A stretch of DNA of 51,214 bases from Chromera velia. Its lineage: Eukaryota. This document shows positions 1-13,700 of this stretch, one piece after another. The position numbers were made by a program, and so were the translations under genes. Position 1 is the first letter of the stretch; each line of letters opens with the position of its first letter. Location: NCBI GenBank assembly GCA_018398765.1, contig JAHBMJ010000293.1, forward strand, positions 1 to 51,214, written 5' to 3'. The notes beneath the pieces were generated by a model, which saw only the letters and a list, made by a program, of their open reading frames with translations, searched no databases and was not told where the DNA came from.

Positions 1-1420
1 ATGCGGCTAGGCTCAGCATGCGCGCGGCTCATTCTATTCTGACACATGGAACCACTTATTGTCACTCAGACGCTCACATCGTTACGGGGTAGAGAACGAA
101 ATAGGGGGGGGGAGAGGAATGCATCCTTTTTATCTTTTCCTTCATCTGAAGCAATGTGCACAGACACTCTACACAGACAGAGGAATGCATCTTTTTGTAA
201 AAAAAAGACTAAAAGGAAACGCAGGGCAGAGAGGAACATAGGTAGTGAACGAGAGAGTAGACGGGATAAAGAGATGGCTGCTGAAGAAAACAAAAAATGA
301 GCTAGACGAGAAAAAGAGAGAGGCGTTTGCACATAGAATAGAAAGAAACATAAGAGAGAAGAGCAGTCAGGAGAAGGCAGAACTGACAGGAGTGATGATA
401 GCTGATATGCACAGAAAGCTTTCAAACGGAAACTGTCTCCACCTTTCTTTGTTTAAAGACAGAGCAGGTAAAAAGGTTGGCTCGACAATGAAAATAGACA
501 GAGAGAGAATAAGGAGAGCCCCTTTTTGCTATACGAGAGTGGCACCACGATCGGAACACAGAAGGAAAGCAGCATGCAGGGTGGGAGACAGGGCTGTGGC
601 TGTGACTCAGAGAAAAATTCCGGTAAGGGGGGGAGAAAAGGTGCCGTTACAGAAAAGGACGTGCCAGTTCTGTTGAGGGTGGTTGGGAATCGAGGTGGTG
701 GAAGATGAAATCCATCTGGTGACAGAATGTCCTGTTTTTGACAGAGAGAGAGCAGAGATGTTCAGGAAAATAGAAGAGAAATGGGACAGTAAGATAGAAG
801 AAAGAGCCAGAAAGGCAGCCACAGAAAGAGAAGGGCCCAACAAAGAAGAGGGAAAAAGAGATAACTCAACGCTTTTCTGCTTTCTGTTGAATGAATGTCA
901 TGCTGCAGTGGATGAGTTTTTGGGATGGGCGTCATTCAAACGGAGGGTGTTTGAGGAGTGTTCAGGATGGTGCGGACACATAGAGGGAGACGCTCTGGCC
1001 GCCAGATATGCAGGAATCACCGGAAGGCAGCGGGCGATCGAGAGACTAATAAAAGAATATGAGGAGACGACTGATAACTTAGAGACGACCGAAGGAGCGT
1101 TAGGGTGGGGAAGGAGGGAGCCGCAGAAGAAGATTGATAAAGCGAACAAGAAAAGCGAGGAAGCCCAAATCGCATGCCGTTTTACATCGATTTTCAGGCC
1201 GGAAAGCCAACACGGATCCAGAGCCGTGGCTTAAACAACGAACAATCATGCAGCAGCGGCCAGGGCAACAGACTCTGGCAGGCCCCGAGGGCGGGGTCTG
1301 ATACCTCAGCTTAGGCTGGGGAACGCCCCACCCTGCTAGTAGCTCTGGCGCCGACAGATAGACATAGCGGGAAGGCCCTAGGGCAGAACATATCAATCAA
1401 ATCAATCGAAATCAATCAAC
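1..1420 (+). mobile_element. 3' part of a decayed non-LTR retrotransposon (LINE): ORF2 C-terminus with CCHC zinc motif and (ATCAA)n tail
   Basis: ORFs 245-676 and 683-1234 are in the same frame, split by one TGA at 674-676. Together they read ...RTCQFC*GWLGIEVVEDEIHLVTECPVF..., the C-x2-C...ED-x2-H...CP motif typical of LINE ORF2 C-termini. A short-repeat tail atcaatcaaatcaatcgaaatcaatcaac follows at about 1392-1420, then AT-rich flank. Confidence 0.75.
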
Positions 1421-2029
1421 TAAATATTTTAGTAAATACTACTAATCAATTAACAAAGGTTTTTTATCTTTGTTTCCAGCTATAGTTGAATTCTTTATTA
1501 TTTAATATAAAAGGCTAAAACTCTCGGTAAAACCATTATCACTTACATGTATTCGGTGATATATTTATTCAATCAAATCAATAAACTTAAAAGGCTGTAT
1601 TTATGAAAAAACTTAATATTTTATTTACTGTTATTTACTTAATTGAAGCATAGACAACTGGCAGTGTCTGATAACAACTCATTACATTATTAAACATGCT
1701 AAACGGTGATAAAAACTGTAAGGTAGTTAACAGTCACACTAAGTAAAACAGTCGACCGATTTAGCGAATGATTCATGCGTAGGTAGATGAACGCAGGTTC
1801 TTTATTTTTTGTTCTACACAGAGAGCGGGGTTCCGAAAACTGACGCAAGCGCAATGGAACGCTTTCGAGCCCCAAGCTCGCGAAGGAGAAAAGATGATAT
1901 TCCTAATCCGGCCGCCAACTGCGCAAACCTGCAAGGGACATGGATCAAAAAGAGGAAAAATAAGCCCATATCATTCGTGTACGCGGAAAGACGCCTGACG
2001 CAATCAAACGACAGACAGTCAAACGGAAA

Positions 2030-5000
2030 TCAAACCACGTTACAGGTGTGCACGCAACATACGCAAGTGAATGAGAAGAAATGTCGCCCGTTTCTTTCCC
2101 TTGTTTCACTTTGAGGCTTGATTCTTCTTCGGCAGGCCGCCCAAAAGCAGAAAATATCAAAAGAAGTAGCCATTCGAATACAGGGAAACAGAGAATGAGA
2201 CAGACAGATTGTCTGACAGGCAAGCAGACAGAAAAGAAGAGATACAAACCTGTCGTGAAGATCCGCCTGGATGCCCTCGCTGACGTCTCCGGCCGCGAGA
2301 GCTTCCGCAAGAGCAGCCCTCGAGGGTCTCTCCCTCTCTCGAGTGCCCCGGGGGCCCCGCCCTCGACCCGCCACCACACCCAGACGCGCCGCCGCAGGTT
2401 CACAAAGAGCAGCTCGGAGGGAGTGGCCGGGAGTCATTGCATTGCCCCGCCCCCCCCTCCTTCCTCCTGCAGAAGCAAACACCCACGGTGTGTCACCCCT
2501 GCGTACCATCCGCAAACCCTGAGAGGCCATCCCCCTTGGTACGCCCTTCTGCCCCCCCCCTGACACTGCCACAGCGACTGAAGAGGGGCCCCCAGGTGCT
2601 GCGATAGAGAGGGGCGGCTCCGGCTCTGCTGGGGGGGAGTCGCAAGACATCGAGACGGAATTTGCACCTTCATGGCTGGTGTCTCGAAAGAGCGCCTGTG
2701 AGGACACTCGGCTGTCTTGGCTTGAAGAAGAAGAAGAAGAAGAAGAGAAGGATGCCGAATCTCCGGAAGAGGAGGGCAGACCCTCATCTCTTTCTCCTTC
2801 CCCTTTTTCGTTCTGAAGACCCTCCATTTCTCCCCCCTCTGTCTGTCTCTGTCTCTGTCTCTGTCTGAGTGCACTCGGAGGCAGAAGAGGAGAGCGACTC
2901 TGGTTATGAGAGTCTGCTGCAAAGGCCAAGGGAAGGTTTCCACTTTCCTCCATTTCAACGACTGTGTTGTCTCCCTGTTCCCCTACACTCATTTCCTTCC
3001 CTCCTGCAAACTCTTCCCTCAAATGAGAATGAGAGGGAAGCAAAGACTCCTCTTCACCCTCGTCCTCTTCTCCACTACGCGCCTCTTCACCCCCCACTCT
3101 CGCTCTCTCTCTTTCCTCCTTCAACGCACACACACCCCTCCTTTCTCCCTCTTCTGATCCCTCCCTACTCTCTGCCATCAAACGAACGTACTTCTTCTTC
3201 TTCCTCTTCTTCTTCCAACTCCGTTCCTCCCCTCCCATACCACACGTGAATTGACTTGAAGAACTCAACCCAAAACCGCATTGAGAGGCTCGCACGTCAC
3301 AATCACTTCCAATTTCCAAATCACCACAGCTCTCTTGAGTCTGTACACAATCAGAAGGCGCGGAAACAGAAAAGGGCAGACGCGAACTTTTTTCCCCTTC
3401 CGCCCCCGTCTCATCGAACCGCCGTCTCCTCCGATGGCGACGGTGCCGTCGAGGTCGCGCCTGGCCCCCTCTTTGCACCATTCTTTCCTCTTTTCTCTTT
3501 TTGCGTTCCATGGCCAAAAAGGACAAAGGGGGGAAGGGAAAAGGACGGAGGCTGGAGACGGCAGAAGCGGCTGGGTCGAACATCCGTTTTGTTTCCTGTA
3601 AATCTCCGTCGCCATCTCCCCCCTCGCTTTCCTCCCTCTGGCCTATAGAATTCAAACGAGAGGGTATAAGACTCTCCACCTCATTTTCTATCGACTGTCT
3701 CCTCGAAACTCCAGCACTAGCTGCTGCAGACGTGAGGGCACGCCAGCTCAACAAGTCATTCATTTCAATCCCCCCCTCTGACATCTCGCGGCGGTGTTTC
3801 CGGGAGGTCAACCCTCCACCGCCCCCTCCTGCGAGACGCCGCAGAGGCAAAGGACGGTTTGAGGACCCTCGTCTCGCCCTCCCCCCTTCCCTCTCTGTCT
3901 GAGGTTGTCTTTCCTGCAGAGACGGCGACAGACCAGAGAAGGTCGTCAACCCATCCTCGCCTACCCTCCGTCCTGAGACGGAATGGCTCATCCTTCGGGG
4001 GGCAGAGGTGCGGGACGCATCGAGGCACCGTCTCTCAAGGGCCCCGGCAAACTCCATTTCCGCAGTGGCCACCCCCTCAAGGAAAACCAGACTTCGCAAC
4101 ATTCGCTTTACGGGACCAACTGATCGACCCATTGCGGGGCCATGCGGACCCCCTCCTCTCCTATGAACTTCCATAACAACACCTAATACTTCCTCTGCAG
4201 AAATGCCGTCTACTCCTAAGAGGTTACTCTCTCTCTCGGTCCCGTCTCTCAGACTGTGGTTCAGGCTGTTCGCACGGCGAGAGGGGAAAAGGGCGTTTCG
4301 CGACGATGCTACGGAGGGAGCAGGGGAAGCCTCTGCTGTCTGGGGAGGGGGAGAGGAATGTTCTGTGTCTGGAATGGGAACAAGATCTTTTAACTGCTCT
4401 GCCGTTGGTCTCTTCTCTTCTTCATCAACACCTGCCGCCCCTCTTTCCCCTTCTGCCCCCTCCCGTTGCTGGAAGGAGTCCTTCTCTTTCGTTTCTTTCA
4501 ATGGGGGCTTCTTGGTCGCTCCAGCCAGAGGCAAGGGAAGCTGAAGGAAGGAGGACGAGAGCCCCACCCGCCCCCCGTCATCGCTTCCCGACGCCTCTGT
4601 GTTCTTTCTTGAAGACGACAGAGGCACCAAGCTCACTCGGCCAGACAGGCCGGGGGAATTCTCGGCAGAGAAGAGACCTGACGCACGCACGGACAAATCC
4701 CCCTCAGGGGGGGAGGGCGGCTGCATTCCCACTCCCGGTCTGCGATTATCTGAAGGGGGGGTGCCGAGAACTTCCAAGCAGTGGTGCAGGGAGGCTGAGG
4801 GGGCAGCGATCAAGGTTCCCTCTCCTGTCTGAGAACGTGCAAGCGAGAATGCGGAGGAGCCCGAAGGCTGCCGACCTGATCCAGGTCTCAGACTATGCGG
4901 AGACGGCGAAAACGAAACGCCGGGGTCGGTGTCAAGGGCCCCGACTAGGTCAGAGACCCCGGAATCGTCCAAAAAGGGCGGTGCGACAATACTTGCCTCA

Positions 5001-7060
5001 ACACTCTCCCTCTGATGGGGGGGCGAATCATCCACACCTGTCCTTCCACCTCCCGCAGACGTCTCCATTCCGAGCTCTAAGTCCATTCCCTCTCGTTCTT
5101 GCTGTCTAGTGGAAAAGGAGACTTTGGCTTTTTTGGACTCCCTCACCCCTCTCGGAGAAGGGACACTAGAGGAAGAGGGAGGAAGAAGGACAGCTGCAGA
5201 TGAGGAAGAACCGACAGATTCGTCCTGCCGATTTCTTGGACGCCTCTCCGCTTCTCCTTCTTCCCTTCCATTTCTACTTCCGTCTCTCTGTCTCTGTCGA
5301 GGCCTTGCAGCACTACCCCTTTCTCTATTCTCCTCGGCCTCCTTCTCCCTCACAGACCTCAGTAGATCGGCAACAAACCTAGCTCCCTTCAGAGGAATAG
5401 CTACGGACCGCCACGATGACTGGCCATGCGCCCCCCCCTCTTCCCCTCTTCGATGACTGTTTGTGCTCATGCGAGAGGACAACACCTGACCCCTCTCTTC
5501 TGGGTTTGGAGGAACCCGCACTCCCAGAGAAAACGCATACGGAAACCTATCTGCACCCTCACTTGCTCCTGCTGCCTGTGCTTCTGCAGGCGGGGGGACA
5601 ACAGAGACAGACAGCGCCTCTTGTTCTTCTCTTGCTGCTATACCTGAGAGTCGGTGGAGTCTTCTGAAGGGATGTGAGAACACAGAAGAGGCGGCACTAG
5701 GGTCAAATCTCACCCCCCCACTATTACTTCCACTGTTCCCATGGGGAGACGCAGATCCTTCACCCGATCCCCCCCCAAAGCCCTCTTCCATAGTGGCCAG
5801 TTCAAATGACGGGGGGGGAAGAGAAGGACCGCCCCCTTCTCTCCGAAAGAAAAACCACGAACCCCCTCCTCTTCCTACAGGCCCAGATACTTCCCCCCCA
5901 CCTGTCTCTGCAGAACGAGAGAGAGAAAGAGAACCTGACGCATTCGGACCAGGACGAGGAGAAGGGGAAGAGTCTGTGGGTAATAGCAGAGCGACCCTTC
6001 GAGAGTCTGCTTCTGCTTCACCGGATTCAAACGGGCGTCTGAACAGACGTGCAATTCGGAGCACACACACCCAACAACAGTTCGAACTGCCATCTGAGAC
6101 AGAACCCTGACCCTCCCTGTCCCTACCAAGAACCGCAATTTCATCATTCTGTCTCCCTGTCTCCCTCCCTACATCCCTTCGAGACCCCCCCGCTAGATTT
6201 GGGTACCTTCGTGATATATCCGCTGCCACAGCCTCCAAGAACGTTTCCCCTCTTTCATTTTCTATCTCCCCTCTACCTCTCCCCTGCGTCCGTCCTCTCG
6301 TTCTCCGCCTCGTCTCTCCATCTGTCTCTCCCGTCTCTCTGATCAACGCACGCAGAGCACGAGGAGACACAACGGAAGTCCCAAACTCTTCTCGCAAAGA
6401 ACGCAAGAGACGCCAATGAGGACATGAGAACAAAAGAGGGGGGACCCCCTCGTCTTCTTCCGATTCCCCCTCCTCCCTTTCTCCCAATCCCCCAACAGAT
6501 CTCGAGGGGGACGACAAGAGGGGAAGAGACTCGGGGCGTCTCGCAACGACACCCATTCGGCCTCTGTCTCTGTCTCTGTCTCTCCTTCCATCTTCGCACT
6601 CTCTTCCTGCCCCGTCTCTTCTCACCACTCTCCCTGTCTGGAGGTTCCCCCTCAAGCGGTGCTGTCCGCCTTGCTGGTGACTGACAGGCAGTGACACCGC
6701 AACAGGAGCAGAGAAGTCACCCCGGCGAAGAGACCGGAGATACCTCAAATAGACCTCCCGGACAATCCTGCATGAGAGGACGAACACACACGGAGGGAAA
6801 AACATACCACAGAGAGAATGTATGTACCAGTGAAACGCTCCTGCACGATGGGCAGATTTCTTTGCCCTCCTGTCGCCTGTTGTCCGCCCGTCTATGTATT
6901 TTCAAGCCGACAGTTTCGTCGGTTCCTCTCAATCCCTTTCTCAGGGCCCATTTCTCATTGTGATTTCTTTCCCTTTCTCTCCCTCGCCTCCTATTTCTCC
7001 CACAAGCTCTCCATGTGCGTGCGTCAGAGACGAAGACAGACATAAAAAGAGGCGGACACA

Positions 7061-7111
<51 letters not shown>

Positions 7112-10089
7112 AGAGAGAAAGACAACCCCTTCCACCCACCCGTCTGCCTCTGCCGCTGCCTCTTCCTCTTTGCGACGCGCCTCCTCCTCCAACTGCCGTC
7201 TCTGAGCCCTCGCAGCTGCACCCACCCACCCATTCATGCCACGCACACATCATCATGCACAATGCAACACAACACAGACAACGAAGAGTCCCATTCAGAA
7301 AGACACAGGGTTCCAGATCAGAACACAGCTTCACAAAGAAGGAAGGCGCTCCCAAGGGGACGGTCGTCGAAAAAGGAAAGCAGCAACCTCGAAACCGATC
7401 CAGCGTCACGCAACACCAAACGTCCAAAACCTCTCCGAGGCACTGCAAACCAAGCACAGCCTCAATCAAGGTCATTACGTCAAAAAAGAAGATGGAACAA
7501 CGAAACCACCACCCCAAAACGCTACCGAACGCACCCAACTGCGCACCTCCAATTCCCACCACAGCTGCCGTCATGGAGCAACAGAACGCGGCCCCCTCCC
7601 ACAACAAAAGACCTGCCGGGGCCTCCACTACACTGATTTCGCTTTTGTGTTCCAATTCTGCCCCCCTCAGCCTTCCCGCTTCTCCCTCTTTCTCCCTCTC
7701 TTCCAATACAAACGACCACAGGCACAAAGCCAAACCCAAGCCTGCCCTCGCCACAGTCGCAGCAGCTAGAGCCCATGTGCCGCTCTCCATCGAACGACCG
7801 GAGGGCAGACCCCACAACAACCTGTCTCCATCCCTTCCCCCGAACGTCCCCCTCCGCCTCGACCTAGACAGACTGAACGCCCCCGCAGCGTTCCCCCCCA
7901 GTGTGGCAGAGAACACGGCAGAGAGCAGGAGGGTGCCCAACATTGCGAAGAGGGGTCGCTCGGAATCCTCTAGAGGGAGGGGTTGGAGGAGGGGCACCAG
8001 CGGACGGTCAGGCATCACCGCAAATACGGGCTGCATGCAAACACCCAAATCGAGGCTGTGATTGTGCTTTTTGTCTGGCAACATCACTTTTCTGACACCG
8101 GAGCTCTGGAAGAAGCATTGATAGTTTTTATACAACAAAACGCCAAACGAGAGCACAGAAAGACAGACTATGCAAGAAAGGAGAAGGAAGCAAATCACCT
8201 CTGCGAGATGACACCTAAAATTTGTGGCACAAACATCTTCCTGAAGCGATTGTGAGTGTGAGGCCGTCGAAGGACGACGAAGAAAGCAGCCTGGCTGTGC
8301 ACACAGTTGACTGACCACCGCGACTGCCAAGAAGAGCACGAGAAGTGCCGTCCGCAGCAGCCTGACCGCAGACGCCCACAACTCCCACACCCCTGGAGCG
8401 AGCACAGACAGAGACAGACTCGCGTCCACTGCATCGTTCTCAGCTCCCGACACAGTCACTCTCTCCCCCTCTGCCGCCATCCGTTTGCTCGTCTCCTTCT
8501 GAAGTCCCGTCTGGGAACGTGTCAGGCTCTCCAGAGCAAAATGACGCAACACGAGAATAATCACAGCCCCGCAGAGGACCACGAGCACCCTGTGAAGAAT
8601 CAGATCTTCCCAGTCCAACAATGCCAGGGGGGAGTGGTAAAGAGGGATGGAGGGGTGTGGGGTATCTGTATGGAGGGGAGACTGCTGCAGAATTCTTCTG
8701 AAGAAAGAGACGTGGAACAATGAGGAGGGAGGATTGGATGACTCGGAGACTGTGACTGAAGTGAACTCGAAGTCGTACAGAGCTGCTGAGGCTGAGACGG
8801 TGGGGTGAGAGCTCACTGTTTCCTCCTGTCCTGTCTGTGTCTGGCCTCTGTCTGGCCCTCTTTGTCTTTCCGGGGCCGTCTCCTCAATCCCACCGCCACC
8901 CAAAACAGTCTGGGAGGCAAACAGGTCAAACACAGGGAGGACATCGAAGGGAGACAACAGCCCCCCGAGAATCGCTAGAGGGAAAACAACGCAAATTGAA
9001 GACAGGGGGGGACCCCAGCTGCAAACAGACAGACAGAGAGACAGACGCTTTGCACCGCAGAAGGAAGCTGGCATCAAATCACTTGCAATGAATTTGTTGT
9101 CTCTTTCCAACGACTATGTGAGATAAAGGCAAACAAGAACAATACCGAAGGGAAGGAAGAGAGAGTCAGGGAGGCGAAGACAGCCAGCATGAAAAAATGA
9201 ATGAATGAATCAATGCACCAATGAGTACACGACAAAAAGAAACGACAGATTTCTGGTCAAATTTGGTTCAGGGGACGAAACGACCAGAGCAACTTGCGTG
9301 ATACCCGTTCAAACAAATCCTGAAAGTGCTATTGCAGTTGGGAAACAAAAGAGAAGAGAAGACGGGCTCAACACAAACGGCGCACCTCCCTCCCCGGAAC
9401 GACGAGAGACCCTCCAGCAGACCTGCAAGAGAACAGACAGAGAGCGCACAGCACCACTGTGTGCAAGAACAGAAACCTGACAGACGCAGATTGAAAGGTG
9501 ACCAGGCAGACTGAGAGATGCACAGAGACTGGGGCACTCCTGCCATTTTCTCCTCACGCAGCCTCACTGAGGACAACAAAATGAAAAATCGCAATAATCT
9601 GTCTATCTGTGAAAGTTTGACAGAGCCCGACTGCATTATGTGAAAATCCGTTCTGTGCAAGCAACATGAGAATCCGTATGTATGTTGAGTGGCGGAGTAC
9701 ACCTCACCTCCAAGCAGCAGAGCGACTGTGCCGCACATCAGCAGCAGACAGATCTGGAGTGCAAACGCGCAGATGAGAAGAGTGTTTGCAAGAAGTGCAA
9801 AACGGTGCTTTTCCCTTCCCAGCAGTCTCAGCTGGAACATATTCTTCACGAGTTGGTTGCACCGTCTCCGTCTCACACGAGACGGCAAAAAGAGAAAAGA
9901 CACCAGCGTTGCAATGTACTCGACAACACATATCAACAGGTGAGCTGCCAACAAAAGTACCGCCACAGTTGCAGCGAACTCCCCAGGTTCTACTGAGTGT
10001 GCCATTTCTCTTGCCCTCTTGTCCACACACATCCCTAGGAGGTACCAGGAGAACCCGGCACCCACCGCGTGAATTGTGGACACAGACAT
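2030..10089 (-). CDS. Multi-exon hypothetical polytopic membrane protein with very long low-complexity (G/S/E/R-rich) C-terminal tail
   Basis: Three long minus-strand ORFs (9268-10089, 6717-9110, 2030-6805). The first two contain many hydrophobic stretches; the third is a 1591-codon low-complexity frame. The ORFs read partly through introns, for example the (CA)/(GA) microsatellite at about 7056-7110. Exact exon boundaries and the true stop are not resolved, and no family was recognised. Confidence 0.65.
7056..7110. repeat. Compound (CA)n(GA)n microsatellite, probably intronic
   Basis: Directly visible: acacacac... followed by gagagaga... Confidence 0.9.
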
Positions 10090-10219
10090 GATGATACAGT
10101 CCTCTCCACTCCATCAAATCCTTCGAGCTCAACTTTCACTTTGTCATCCATGGAAACCTTCTGCGGCAAGATCATCGTATGGTGTGAAGACCAGTATACA
10201 TCTTGCGTTGTCAGCATGA

Positions 10220-10400
10220 TACAGCATGCATGGTATATACATAATATAGGACGCGTACGGCTGCAGCATAGGGCATGCTAGGGCAGCATCAGATACCGCG
10301 TGGCATACCGCGTGGCCGCGCCGGCACGGAGCCGCGCGGTTCATGCATGCATGCATGAACTTTTGGGGGCCACGGCATGCATGCTCCCTGCCTGCATGGG
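10220..10400. promoter_or_regulatory. Putative bidirectional promoter with clustered (T)GCATGC(A) motifs
   Basis: Lies in the ~620 bp gap between divergent ATGs at 10089 (-) and 10713 (+). Contains the perfect 22-bp palindrome GTTCATGCATGCATGCATGAAC (10339-10360), further GCATGC copies near 10224, 10273 and 10376, and a tandem ATACCGCGTGGC duplication. Confidence 0.5.
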
Positions 10401-10712
10401 AGCATTTCAGTGTGTCAGATCTCTTATCGCCTCTCCGGGCGTGTCAGATCAGATGCATGGCCTGTAGGCTCCATGAAGCTAGCACTGAGATGCACTGAGT
10501 GCAGCGGATCTTTGATCACGCAAGCACCTCAAACAGACGTACCCCGACACAGATATATTCGTACACGTTTGTAGGTATGACTCGCTACTTGCTGAAAGTG
10601 AAGTTGTGGCCGTGTAGTTGGGCCTGGACGTACATGAGGCCGCTGCGTCTTTTTCCGAAAAACTGATCACCGATTACCCAGTTTACTGACTCTGCTGCTT
10701 ACGTGCTCACTC

Positions 10713-13700
10713 ATGCTGATTCTCGTCGCGGGGACCTTTCTTTTTTTCTCCATTTTTGCTGTTCTTTTGCCTTCGAGCGGGGTCGTGCTGGGAGAGGAAC
10801 TTCCACCTGTCCCCTGGGATCGGGTTGAAGGAGACGGCGAGACGCCGAAGGAGACTGGAAGGCTTCTCCAGGCTCGGAGTGCTTCTGCAAGTCAGTACGC
10901 CAAGCCATCTTGGTGCTGAGGTTCCGTATCTCCTCTTCTCATGCATGCGATGTCTTTCGGAAGATCGCCTCTTCTGTTTCTCTCTGCCTCTCATAGGCTC
11001 CCGTCCTCACGGTACAATCAGCTCTGCATTCAACGTCACGGATTCCTTTCCCCCAACCTTCTCGGGAGGCACGGCTGTGGTCCACGTTGAAGGTGACCTG
11101 GAGGGGGTGGCGCCTGACTCACGTACGGATTGTGGACCCAGTGCTTTCCGTGGAGGTGTCTGGTACACGATCCGTCTCCCAGAGTCAAGAAATCCCCTCG
11201 CCGTCTCGGTCGACACATGCACAAACACCACTGTCAGTTGGTCGTCTTTCATTTTTTTTCTGTGAAGCCAGCACACACAGGCTTTCGTGTCTGCTCAATT
11301 TCTGACGGTAAGTATGCGTGACGAGCCGCCTTACTTTCCAAAAGCATCTGAGTTCGTGGTTGCCCATTGAACGTTTCTAAAGTAAGAGCAGCTGTCTCAG
11401 GAAGATGAGTTGCACCCCGTGTCGTTGGACTTCTTTTCTGGCGTTCTCGTATGCCTTCCTCGTGGCGCTGCTTCCTTTGCTTTTTGCAAGTAATTCTGCA
11501 GATAGACACCGTGATGGGAGTCGTGTCGGGGTCAGACTGCCCGTCTAATAGTTCTGCTTGCGAGTGCAAGTGGAACGACGACGCTTGTGGGATCCAGTCG
11601 CGAGTACAATTGACGGAAAGAGGAGGGTCGGACCTTTTTGTCACTGTGGGTCCGTACGGGGCTCTAGGCGACGTTACTGGGTTTACTCTGTCCTTCTCGC
11701 TTTCAGGTCGGTACTCGAAGCCTCCTCCTCTGTGGTCGTGCAGTTGTATCATAGTTGATGAAATCAGCACTTCTGGAATCTGTGCGGAATCTGCAAATAG
11801 TTTCCTGTAGACAGGTATTCTCATTTTTTTTGCATTAGATTTGTGATGGTAGGTTTAGGGAAGGGGAGAAGAGAAACTGTGGTCGCAAAGCTTCGGGCAA
11901 AGGCGTAGCAAATGTGACGGCTGCTCTGGTTCGTGTCGGCTTTTCGGTTGTGTGTCCAACAGAAGAACGTCTTTTCCCGCTGCAGAGCTTTGCGAGGTCC
12001 CCGCCAACACTACCAGACTGGACATCAGTGGATTGGATCCCCGGCTTGTTCGGTCATCGAACGCAGCAGTCACAGTCAGGGAACAGACACCCGTGAGAGT
12101 GCACCTCCAGTGTCCCCAGGGGGACGTGTGCATGTATAGGAACAATGAGGAGGAGTTTTGGAGGTATGATGGGCAGTGCTTTATAGATTTGCAATGCGTG
12201 TCTGGTCTGAAGATCGCTACCGCTGGCCGCCGCCCCAAATGCACAGGTACGTCTAAGTCATGAAGGAATACTTTTCCGTGTAGGATTTCGCTCTTCACGG
12301 CCTTCGTGCACTCGTTTGTGATGAGAACCGTCGTAGCCTTCTTTTGTTGCACTTCCCCGTATGCGAAGCATGAAGAAAGCGAGTTGAAGGCTTCTGGCGA
12401 AGCCCCTCTGTGCAAGTATCTACACGTCCTTTCAAGTTCCTGCCGCCCTTCTTGAGGGTCCCAGCTTCGGTTCACTCTGGTTCTTACGCAGCTCTTCATA
12501 CGTGTCATTTCGAAGCAGAAACAAGACCCTGAAGTAGGTTGGTCGTTTGACTCGATTCCTCCGAAGTTGGCCCTCCAGAATGACTCAACGCGCTTGTCAA
12601 GGCAGTCGTCTTACTTTCGGTTTGCAAGTTGAGGGCCCAGAATGTTTCCCCTTCGTTTTGAGATTCCGTCCCTTCTTCGCATGTCATACATTTGCAGCCC
12701 CCAATCGCGCTGACACAATCGCAAATGCCACAGACCTCTCCGATCACTTCCCTCTGTTCGTCCAAGAGGCCGGCTGTGCAACCTCTTTTTTCGGTGACTG
12801 GCAGAATTCTACCGGAGATGCGGATTTCGTTGATTGCGGTGGAAGTACTTCCACAGGTGGGGTGTGGCACAATTCCGCTTGCCGGATTCGAATGGTCCTT
12901 TCGGAGTGCACGTCGACACGTACACTGGTACCTCGGTCCGTCTATGTGCAGGCTTTTTTCATTCATGCAGAGAACTTTATACCTACTCCACTTCAGAATG
13001 CTGCTGGTGTCCTTCCTTGGCCCAGTCCGCCCAGTCTTCTGCTTGATTTTCTGTTGACAGCATGTGGAGACCCCTTTTCTCGCCAATCAGCATGATGATT
13101 GCAAAAAATAAGCATTTCTCCCTGGACCTTTTTCTTTCCTTACCTTCGGTGATACATTCCACTCTCTCCCAATCGTTGACAGCTCTGCTGCTTTCTTCTC
13201 CTGCACAATCGTCTCCCCACCTTGACTTTTCTGTCCTTCCGCCAGGCTGACACGGTGATTGGTGTGTTCTCGGGAGCGGGGTGTCCATTTGATGCTTCGG
13301 CTTGTGAGTGCAAAGGATGGGATGACAACAGCAGGCGCAACCAGTCTCGAGTGTCCTTCGTGGAAGGACAGGAGGGAAGTCGGGCATCTTCGTGGGTATT
13401 TGCCCTCGTCCGGCCATCCGTTAGCGAGGTGAAGGACAGCCAATTTAATCTGTCCGTCACGCTCTCAGGTCTGTACGCGGGGTGATGGGTGTTGTTGTGT
13501 TCCCGTCTGTCTGCCTGCCCCCCTCCTCCTTTGATTGACCAGCCCGGACAGAATTCTATTCTTGGTTTGCCATTTCAGTCGTTCCGGTTTCTTCTCGCCC
13601 TCGTTGGCGCATCTGTTTCTCCCTTTTGTGGTCTCCAGCACTTTTGGGATACCGTTTCTTCCTACCTCTGCTCCGAACCGCTTCTTGCAGCTGCCCATTC

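Noticed and set aside
674..676. In-frame TGA/TAA/TAG codons as stop-codon reassignment or selenocysteine
   Set aside because: They occur only in TE remnants, involve all three stop codons and co-occur with frameshifts, while host genes use the standard code.
2081..8723. Numerous plus-strand ORFs of 100-350 aa
   Set aside because: Antisense shadows of the GC-rich, low-complexity minus-strand gene.
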